This document shows positions 9,752 to 18,900 of a stretch of DNA of 64,000 bases, one piece after another. This DNA is from Nitrosopumilaceae archaeon (GTDB lineage: Archaea > Thermoproteota > Nitrososphaeria > Nitrososphaerales > Nitrosopumilaceae): the NCBI GenBank assembly GCA_965208905.1, contig OZ242365.1, forward strand, positions 64,001 to 128,000. The letters run 5' to 3'. Each line of letters opens with the position of its first letter. Positions within the stretch are counted from its first letter, which is position 1. A model generated the notes under the pieces. The model was given only the letters and a program-made list of their open reading frames with translations. It searched no databases and had not been told where the DNA came from. The translations under genes were made by a program, and so were the position numbers.

Positions 9752-12121
9752 ATGAAAATTCTTACAGTGACAATTGTTGCAATGTTTGCAATTACATTGA
9801 CTAGTGGCGCATTTGCGCAGACTGATGACAAAATGATGATGATGGATGGAACGCCCTTATCTGGACCTATAACCATCGGCGGTCTATTTCCACTCACAGG
9901 TCAAATAAGCTCCAGTGGTTTGGGCGTTCATGCTGCAGCCGAGTTGGCAGTTGAGGACTTTAATGCATACCTTGAAGAAGCAGGTGCTCAGTGGTGGCTT
10001 GTACTGTCCTCAGAAGACACAGCCACCAATCCTACAATTGCATTAGAAAAGACACAAACCCTCTATGCACGAGGAATTAGTAACATAATAGGACCATCAA
10101 CGAGCGGTAATACACAAAACATCAAGAGCTATGCTGACAGCAATAACATGTTGATAATAAGCTGTTGTTCAACAGCACCCAGTCTAGCTATACCTGGAGA
10201 CAGTATCTATAGATTTGTACCAGATGATAGAAACCAAGGCAGTGCGTTAGGTAAGATTCTTGTCAGAGACGATATTAAAGCATTGGTTCCGGTTTGGAGG
10301 GGAGACACATATGGTGATGACCTGCGAGATGAAACCGCAGCTAGCTTTGAGTCTAGAGGTGGCGAAGTACATCCTGGAGTAAGGTATGCACCTGACACGT
10401 CCGAACTGTCATTAGAGATGGCTCTCTTGGCAAAGTATGTGCAAGAGGTGGCTGATGAACATGGCACCGAAAACGACGTAGCGGTCTTTGTAATCGCATT
10501 TGATGAAATTACTAGTTTAATTCAATCTGCCTCACAATACCCAATACTTGAAAATGTATCTTGGTATGGAACAGAGGCTACCGCTGGCTCGGACGAACTA
10601 ATTGATGATAGAATTGCATCTGCATTTACCGAAAAAGTAGGCTATACGGCGTTGCGAATCTTGCCTAGTTCTGGTCCTGAGAGAGAAAATATTCAAGACC
10701 GTTTGACAGAACAGTTGGGTAATGAACCTGACGCATTTGCTTATACGGCATACGATTCTGTATGGGTATTGGGTAAAGCCATAATGAAGGCAAACAGTGC
10801 TGATTCTGCATACGTCAAGAACGTACTGTATGATGTGGCAGCAGCCCATAGTGGTGCTACAGGCTCCACAGAGCTTAACGATGCAGGTGACATAGCAATA
10901 GCTAACTACGAAGTGTTGAAGATAGAAGATGGTGCTTGGATACAAACTGACAAGTACGCTGCGGCTAGAGATCTGCTAATACCTAGTAATCAACTCACTG
11001 GCGAGATAACGGTGGGATCGCTTTACCCACTTACGGGTAGAAGCTCTTCTACTGGTTATGCCACACGCGAAGCTACTGATCTGGGTGCAGAAGATTTTAA
11101 CAAATTTTTGCAGTCGATAAATGAAGAATGGCATTTGAAGGTGGTTTCTGAAGACTCCACATCACTTCCCACAATAGCATTAGAAAAGATTCAGGGACTG
11201 TTAGCAAAGGGTATTGATATTGTAATCGGTCCTAGACCGTCTGGCGAAGTAACACAGGTAAAATCATATGCAGATACCAACAACATGATGATTATAAGCT
11301 GTTGTTCAACCGCTCCGACTTTGGCTATAGCCAATGATAGTGTATTCAGGATAGCCGTAGATGACGTTCATCAGGGTGCTGGAGTGAGCAAATTGTTTGA
11401 AGTAGAAGGCATAACGGCAGTAGTCCCGATATGGTTGGGAGATGCATACGGTGATGGTTTAGTCAACGAAGTCATTGACAGGGCAGAAACAAGAGGTTAT
11501 GTAGTTTCAGACGGCATACGTTATGAGCCACTGTTACCTGATTTCGCCGTCTCAGTATCCGGACTAGCTGATCAAGTTCAGGCACAGGTAGACAAATACG
11601 GGACAGATAAGGTAGCAGTGTTCATGACATCGTTTGACGAATCAGTACCAATAATGCAAGCTGCTGCTAGATATGATGTACTAGGTGAAATTCGATGGTT
11701 CGGATCAGAGACATTTGTGCCTAAGACCAACATTCTAGATGATCCAATAACGAGCAGCCTAGTCAAATCCGTACAATTTACTGCAATGAGACCTGCCGAT
11801 GTTGATACTGGTGCACACCACCACGTACAAGATCACTTCTTGGAAGTACATGGAGAGATACCAACGGGTTACATATACAGTGCATATGATGCCACATGGC
11901 TTGTTGGTTTATCTATGTTGCAATCTGGAGCCACAGATGCAGATACCATTAAGACAGTATTCCGAGATGTGTCATCCACTTATGTAGGAGCCAGTGGAAA
12001 CACTATATTGAATGAGGCGGGAGATCTGACCCCCCGAAACTATTCCATATGGATCATAGATGAAGATGGGTGGATGTTGACAGATCGACAGTACAATCCA
12101 ATAGATGATGACATTTCCTAA
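9752..12121 (+). CDS. Secreted substrate-binding protein with two tandem LivJ-like (PBP1) domains
   Basis: Signal peptide; duplicated motifs IT.G.L.PLTG, ISCCSTAP.LA, AYD..W, LN.AGD. Confidence 0.85.
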   Translation: MKILTVTIVAMFAITLTSGAFAQTDDKMMMMDGTPLSGPITIGGLFPLTGQISSSGLGVHAAAELAVEDFNAYLEEAGAQWWLVLSSEDTATNPTIALEKTQTLYARGISNIIGPSTSGNTQNIKSYADSNNMLIISCCSTAPSLAIPGDSIYRFVPDDRNQGSALGKILVRDDIKALVPVWRGDTYGDDLRDETAASFESRGGEVHPGVRYAPDTSELSLEMALLAKYVQEVADEHGTENDVAVFVIAFDEITSLIQSASQYPILENVSWYGTEATAGSDELIDDRIASAFTEKVGYTALRILPSSGPERENIQDRLTEQLGNEPDAFAYTAYDSVWVLGKAIMKANSADSAYVKNVLYDVAAAHSGATGSTELNDAGDIAIANYEVLKIEDGAWIQTDKYAAARDLLIPSNQLTGEITVGSLYPLTGRSSSTGYATREATDLGAEDFNKFLQSINEEWHLKVVSEDSTSLPTIALEKIQGLLAKGIDIVIGPRPSGEVTQVKSYADTNNMMIISCCSTAPTLAIANDSVFRIAVDDVHQGAGVSKLFEVEGITAVVPIWLGDAYGDGLVNEVIDRAETRGYVVSDGIRYEPLLPDFAVSVSGLADQVQAQVDKYGTDKVAVFMTSFDESVPIMQAAARYDVLGEIRWFGSETFVPKTNILDDPITSSLVKSVQFTAMRPADVDTGAHHHVQDHFLEVHGEIPTGYIYSAYDATWLVGLSMLQSGATDADTIKTVFRDVSSTYVGASGNTILNEAGDLTPRNYSIWIIDEDGWMLTDRQYNPIDDDIS

Positions 12122-12146
12122 ATATTTTTATTTTTTATAAACTTGG

Positions 12147-12300
12147 TGTGGCTAACGCCGTCAGGAGACAGATCCGCGATGCACATTTTAGTGAAGGGGG
12201 ACAGTCAAGGTATAATGGACAAGAAATCACGGCGGAGTACGGATGAAAAAATTCACATCGTACTCCAGATCTTTAATCCACAGACAGCATGGTGGAGATA
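12147..12300 (+). pseudogene. IS3/IS481-like transposase 5' remnant
   Basis: TGT-starting end, then ATG 12215 MDKKSRRSTDEKIHIVLQ resembling an HTH_Tnp N-terminus; truncated. Confidence 0.35.
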
Positions 12301-12842
12301 TCATCTTACCGAATAGTAAACCTAACTGTCTATTAATCGGCAGAATCGTGTGCCAAAAACGATTGCGCTGTGTTATCGATCAATAAACTTATTGCTGCAT
12401 ATCTAGAACGGGACGCTACTACATGTGGTATTATAAGAGGCGGCCGCCCATACCCAACCACTTGGAGATATCCAGCCTCATCGTACCCAATATCTTAGAC
12501 TAATATTCATTTGTTGTGATTCGGGCCCTAGTTACATAGCGATGGCATATATAGCATGCTGGCTGGTTGCATCGTTTAATGAAATATCGTATTTGTCCCT
12601 TAGTGAGTCCGGTAGGCGCGCCATCCTTGTGGGGGAGCCTGCGCATAATACTTTAGATTGGATTGAATTTTACGGTTTCGAACGACCTCTGAGGCCGACG
12701 GCATGTAGATAATTAGATAATCCTAAGAATTCCAATAATGGCCGTACCGGTGAGATGTCAGTTGATGACTGTTTGGTTATGTTTGTGGGACACAGCCACG
12801 TGCTTAAATAAAATTAAATATGTGTCATTGCATATGATCCGC

Positions 12843-14234
12843 ATGATAAATTCATCACGACAACGAAGTGTAACTAAGCGTAAAAAAAAGCACGACATAC
12901 AACTAGATCTGGCCGTTACAAATTTTGGGCCCATACGTGAAGGTAAAATTCATTTAAAACCACTTACAATTTTCATGGGCCCCAATAATTCTGGTAAATC
13001 ATACATGGCAATATTAATTCATTCAATATTGGGTGCCCGTGTAAATTTGGAAAATATATTTAATATGGTGAAACCTGAGCACATATCCAAGATCCGGCAA
13101 AAGTCACGGAATAGTCCGAACGTGACAAATGATATTACCATTCCACTCATCTTCAAGACGATGGGTAAGAACATACACGAAAACATATCCAAAAACTTTT
13201 CGGCCGAGCTATCTAATCTCATAAAAATTGGGGAGGCGCAATGCAGTATGGATATTACTACCAGTATTATCAAAACCAAAATTTTGCTTACAAAAGAAGA
13301 GATAAAATGCAATACTGCAAATACTAGTGACAATATATTGAGAGTCGGTATACGACAAAACAATGAAAAGCCTACATACGAAAAAGATGGCATTATTAAC
13401 ATAACATATGTTGAACATGACAAAGATTCTGAATCAGTAAGTGATAGTATTAATAGTCGCTTATTTACTAAGTTGATAAAAAAATTTCCCTTTACATTAT
13501 ATATTCCGCCGTCTCGGTACGGCATCATACAGGCTCAACAAGTACTAGCCGCCAGTCTTCTGCATTATGTTCCACATGCTGGCATTTCGCGTTTTACAAT
13601 ACCAGAGATGCCCGGAGTGGTGAGAAATTTCCTAAGTCATTTGCTATTTCCTTACACTGATGCACAAAACAAAAATATTGTTGAGTATTTGGAGGCATCT
13701 ATTCTTGATGGTAAAATAAAAGTCGAACCTAGTAGTTGGAAGGCACCTAAAAAAATGGAATATGTTCATAAAGAGGTTGTCATGCCACTTCACATGGTAT
13801 CCTCTAGCGTGTCGGAGATGATCTCACTAGTGATATATCTACAACACTTGGTTCGCCCAGGATGCCTGCTGATAATCGAAGAGCCTGAATCTCATCTTGA
13901 TCCACAAAACCAGTTACATCTCGCAAAGTGTATTGTGAATCTTATACGCATTGGTGTAAATGTACTAATCACCACGCACAGTCCATATATGGTGGAACAA
14001 TTAGGCAATTACATGCAGATAGGTGGACTTAAAGATAAAAGATCAATTAATGTCGACAAGGATGATTATATACTGCCAAATGAACTTGTCGTGTATGATT
14101 TTGAGCGTGATGGTGACGGCGTTATAATAAAACCAGCTGACGTTTCAACTGTTGACGGCATAACGCAGCGACTGTTTACCGATACATACGAGAAGATAAG
14201 TGAACTAGCATACAGTTTGGAAGATGCACAGTGA
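12843..14234 (+). CDS. ABC-type ATPase (AAA_15/AAA_21-like)
   Basis: NFGPI, Walker A GPNNSGKS, SSSVSE signature, Walker B LIIEEPE, TTHSP; start uncertain. Confidence 0.85.
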   Translation: MINSSRQRSVTKRKKKHDIQLDLAVTNFGPIREGKIHLKPLTIFMGPNNSGKSYMAILIHSILGARVNLENIFNMVKPEHISKIRQKSRNSPNVTNDITIPLIFKTMGKNIHENISKNFSAELSNLIKIGEAQCSMDITTSIIKTKILLTKEEIKCNTANTSDNILRVGIRQNNEKPTYEKDGIINITYVEHDKDSESVSDSINSRLFTKLIKKFPFTLYIPPSRYGIIQAQQVLAASLLHYVPHAGISRFTIPEMPGVVRNFLSHLLFPYTDAQNKNIVEYLEASILDGKIKVEPSSWKAPKKMEYVHKEVVMPLHMVSSSVSEMISLVIYLQHLVRPGCLLIIEEPESHLDPQNQLHLAKCIVNLIRIGVNVLITTHSPYMVEQLGNYMQIGGLKDKRSINVDKDDYILPNELVVYDFERDGDGVIIKPADVSTVDGITQRLFTDTYEKISELAYSLEDAQ

Positions 14235-14695
14235 CATCCGATATCATAAACAAAATCAAGAATAAATACAACTATGCACGCACTGAAAAGTGTTGTGAGA
14301 GCGGTTGCTCCGTTAAGATTGATCGCATAAGTCCACGTGTAGTACTTAGAGGCGAAACCTTGGCGCGTGAGTTACAGAATAATCCTGAAAAAGCATGTGA
14401 CTGTATAATTTTTACGCACACTACCGCGGTTGCCATAACAATGGTTGAACTTAAGGGCCGTGTATCTACAGTAAAAGGCATTTTAGAAAAATTTGAAAAC
14501 AGCGCCGATATTTTATGTCGGATTTTAAAAGAACAGGGCATTAAAGATTATAAAATCAGTGCTATATTGGCCAGCAAATCATTTGGTAAACGCCCTTCGC
14601 TTTATAATGGCCTGCTCCGAAAAATAAAAATTGGTAATACAACGCACACGGTGCGAAAGATCAAATGTGGAAGCCATTTGGCCGACTTTGCATAA
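14231..14695 (+). CDS. Small basic protein, putative PD-(D/E)xK nuclease
   Basis: CDCIIF...MVELKG motif; GTGA overlap with the ATPase stop. Confidence 0.6.
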   Translation: MTSDIINKIKNKYNYARTEKCCESGCSVKIDRISPRVVLRGETLARELQNNPEKACDCIIFTHTTAVAITMVELKGRVSTVKGILEKFENSADILCRILKEQGIKDYKISAILASKSFGKRPSLYNGLLRKIKIGNTTHTVRKIKCGSHLADFA

Positions 14696-14736
14696 TAGAG
14701 ACTGTGCGTAATCTATCTTAATCGCTCATCTGTGGA

Positions 14737-15257
14737 GTGTTGGTGGTAAGTGAAGCCCCGCACCAAGCGCGTTGCGGCGGGGTTGATATCGTCCGGTACT
14801 ACCGATACCAGGGACACATTCAGAGGTACACGTGCAAGGGCTGCCGCCGGACCTTCAACGACAAGACCGGGACCATTCTTCACTACCGGCACGTCCGGAT
14901 GGGAGACTGGATGATGCCGGTCTGGATGTTCCTGTGCGGGCCGCCCAACGGGATATCGATAAACTATATTGCAACTTCGATAGGCCGCGCCTACTGTACC
15001 GTCTACCAGATGTACCGCGACATCATGCGGAAGGTGGGCGAACTGCCGGAGGGTAAGCTGTCTGGGACGGGCGAGACCGACGAGGGATATATTGTAGACG
15101 GCTCCAAGGTGGTGTCACTGGGCAGCAACGGCGAGAACCGGACTGTCTCCAGCCGCCGCCGGCTGCCCCGCGGCCCGGGCAGGGGCACCTTCGAGAAGAA
15201 TGTACCGATGGTCACCATCTACCGTCAGCGGGCCACAGAAGACGAACCGGATGTGAC
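14737..15257 (+). pseudogene. IS1595-family (ISH4-like) transposase fragment
   Basis: QRYTCKGCRRTFNDKTGTI Zn-ribbon, ETDEGYI, GRGT..K; GC-rich; 3'-truncated. Confidence 0.75.
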
Positions 15258-15503
15258 ACTAACGGTAAGCTGGAGCGTTTCCACCGGAGCATAGAGGAGG
15301 AGATGGCCCACTATGAGAGCCTGCCAGAATACATCGAGTATTATAACGAAAGGAGACTTCACTTTTCACTGGATATTGCTAACTATGAAACTCCCATCAA
15401 GGCATTCTGTGTCAGGAAGGCGACAGAAGAAGTCAGGTCTAATGACCCCAACTGGATGGAGGCGGAGTCAAATGACTAGCGGACATAATTTTCGTATACT
15501 ACA
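15258..15503 (+). pseudogene. IS481-family transposase 3' fragment with right end
   Basis: Manual translation TNGKLERFHRSIEEE...YIEYYNERRLHFSL...ETP; ends GACATAATTTTCGTATACTACA. Confidence 0.75.
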
Positions 15504-15832
15504 CATTAGTCATGAACTGATACGTTGCGATTGCCCAATACTGATATGATATTTTGGATTGTTGCATGACTGTGCCGACTTTGACTGAAAAGTACGTTTT
15601 ACATTTGGAACAATAGTATGGCATTTTTGGATGTTTACACTCTATTGTATCGTCATGTTTGCAGTTGGGACATTTGCGGCCATCTCTCCATATGTGGCTT
15701 TCAAACCACTTCATGGCCGTGTGATTATCAGGGAACATCTTGATTAATTCCGTTAGTGTTATTCCTTCACGGTGGCTTTTACCTGATGCTTGTTGCATAC
15801 CATACCTTAGAATTATGGAGTATGTAAATCCT
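15504..15832 (-). pseudogene. IS1595-family transposase 5' fragment with putative left end
   Basis: LIKMFPD...W.DGRKCPNC...YYCSKCKTYFSVKVGT..QSK; cut by the IS481 end; terminus AGGATTTACATAC (15832-15820). Confidence 0.75.
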
Positions 15833-15862
15833 ACTCATCCCTATAATTCTCATAATTTAATA

Positions 15863-15925
15863 GGGGGGGGGCGCATAGGGTATATCATGAGACCTGTTAC
15901 CGACGGTCCGCCCACGGGGGGGGGG
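15863..15925 (+). repeat. Two poly-G tracts (G9 at 15863-15871, G10 at 15916-15925)
   Basis: Directly visible. One lies between the TATA-like TTTAATA and ATG 15887; the other lies in the putative 5' coding region. Confidence 0.85.
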
Positions 15926-15929
15926 AGAA

Positions 15930-18900
15930 GTGATTGCCTATACGGTTATCGTGGCGATCGCGGTGCTTGCTCTACTGTTGGCAGGTAGTAATGATGCGCT
16001 TGGGCTGGAGACGAGTGATTCAGGCACAAGATACCAGATATACGGGAATGTGTCTGTCATACCGGTACTAACTGACTTGGAAGCGCCCTGGGATGTGGCG
16101 TTTGGTGATAACGGTTGGATGTACGTATCCACTAGGCCTGGAGTGTTGTATGGTATGTATGAGGGAAATGTGACAAATTTATTGAACCTTCGAGTCTCTG
16201 GTGGAGAGGGCGGTATGTTGGGAATTGCCACACTTGGAGATATGTTGTATATATACCACACTGATCCGGAGAACGGTAACAAGATCAGCCGATATATCCA
16301 TGGGGAGTCGGGCCTCTCGTACAACACCACAATAATAGAGAATATTCCTGCGGGAGCATATCACGATGGTGGACGGATACGGTTCGGACCAGACTCAATG
16401 TTATATGTGACTACCGGTGATGCAGGTCGTAACGTGAACTCTTGGCTCACATCATCGCTGGCAGGCAAGATACTGCGACTCAATCCAGACGGTTCCATTC
16501 CATCTGACAATCCGTTTCCGGACAGTCCCGTATATGCATACGGACTACGCAATCCGCAAGGACTGGCATGGGATTGGCATGGCAATCTTTACGCAACGGA
16601 TCATGGTACAAGTGGACAAGACGAGATAAACCTCATTATAGCTGGTGGTAATTATGGATGGCCGTTTTCACGCGGAGACCGTATAGTTCCCAACACCCTC
16701 CCACCGTTGATACACTCCGGCAACGACACTTGGGCGCCCTCAGGTTTAGTCTTTGCCGGGACGGAAATTCCGCAGTGGGAGGAGACGCTTCTGTATGGGG
16801 CTCTGCGTGGAGAACATTTGGGAATAGTGCGGACAGATGGATCCGGACATAACATGGCGTATGCTGGTGAATTCGGCCGCATACGCACGCCCATAAAACA
16901 TCCCAATGGAACTTTGTATCTGCTGACTAGCAACAATGATGGGAGAGGTACTCCAAATGCAGGAGATGATAAGCTCCTGCGTCTTGAATATGATGTCTAT
17001 GCCAAGGCACAAGTTACAGCCAGTACGCCAGTTGCAGGAGAGGATATCGTAGTCACCATCACTTTGGACGCCGCTGCGCCCATAGACAATCATTTTATTG
17101 TACAATTGTATCGATGTGATCAAAATGGCTACATAAAGGATATGAACCTATGTTCTGGCGATAAAACGGTTACATATGATGATATTGTCTCGACATATAC
17201 ACCAGAACCGGGTCATCCTAGCAGCACTTCGCTAAATCTCCCCGCAGGTATCTTGGACATAAAAAATGGCACAACAACAGGCACATTATCTTTTGGCACA
17301 ACACATGATGGTGATGAGGACCAAGAATCCCTAATTATCTCTGTGGCACCGCGTGTTGACAAGAGAGGATGGCACCCATTTTATTCATTTAATGACCGAC
17401 TAAAGTTGGCATGGGTTGACCTATCTACCCCGTTTGTGGGAGGAAGTCATGGTTTTGCCTACTGGAAGACTTCAATTCTCCCCTCGCCGGATCAACCTCA
17501 AGTCGTAGAAATTTCCGGCCTCCACAGTGTGAATGAGGGTGACTCTATACCTATCTTTATAGATGCCAAGCCGGCTCCGTCGTCACCATTGGACATAAAC
17601 GTCACAATCGCCCAGGTGGGAAACTTTGTGAATTCTAAATATATAGGATCACAGACAATAACACTCCATACAAACGGATCTGCATCAATGACGATACCGA
17701 TTGATAACGACATCGTAGATATTCTGCGCCGCATTGGATATTCTAGTGGCCATATTGTGACTATACCAACTATTGATAACAACATTGTGGGTGAGCCAGA
17801 CGGTAGAGTCACAGTAACACTGAATCAAGGTTTGGGGTACAAGCCTGCCTCCTCAAAGACATGGTCAGTCGGTGTATATGATGACGATGACGGCAAACCC
17901 GTGGCAGTATCACTTACAGCAGCAAAGACATCCATCTTCGAGGGTGGTAAGGGCAATTTTACAATCAAACTGAACCGTCAGTTAGAGCCGGGCGAAACCG
18001 TCACCGTGCCATTTGATGTGGAAGGCGGTACGACACCCGAGCACTGGTCTGTCAGTCTCAGTGAATACAGTACAGGGGCAGAGCTAACTGCGTCTGGCGC
18101 CAAACCCGTTGTAGTATTTACCAGAGGGGGGCAAACCGCGATGCTTGTGCTTACTGTCAACCAAGACAGTGACGCTGTAGACCATGCACTCACCGTATCA
18201 CTTGGAACCGGTGACAGGCGCCCAACATCAATCGGGGTTGCAGGCGGGACAATACTGGGCGATGTTACATCACTTACAATTGACATTATAGATGATGACA
18301 AGCCGGCTCCCACCATAAACATACAGGGGGATAATCCCGTACGGCTGTCTGTAGGGGGACAGTACGTTGATGCTGGCGCCACCTGTACAGATCACACCAA
18401 AAGTCCCATCACGCCCACAGTCAACGGCTCTGTCAACACGCTCGTTCCAAGTACATACACCATACACTACTCTTGCGCAGATGACACAGGCAAAAAGTCA
18501 TCTGCAGCCAGGATAGTAGTTATACAGGACACCGCACCGCCGACGCTGACCATACCAAATGTGTCGGCCGAGGCCACCGGACCATCAACGCCTGTAGACA
18601 TTGGATTCCCCACCATACAGGATGCCTCCGGTGGGCCCTATATTATAACACACAACGCCACCGGAACGCCCCAGACTGCGACCTCTGATGTCACCGTATC
18701 TCTTGCCGTCGGCACCCATACAATACAGTGGAATGCTACAGATGCATCACACAACACCGGTACGACACACCAGACTGTATCTGTTTCAGACACCACGCCG
18801 CCCACACTAACACTGAACGGCAAGGCCTTAGTCTACATACTTGTGGAAGATACGTATACCGATGCGGGGGCCACATGTACAGACAGTGTGGACGGCACCC

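Noticed and set aside
12300-12800. Possible IS remnant ending GGCTGTGTCCCACAAAC (shares TCCCACAAA with the 30570 TIR)
   Set aside because: Only a 9-nt match, with no partner repeat and no convincing ORF.
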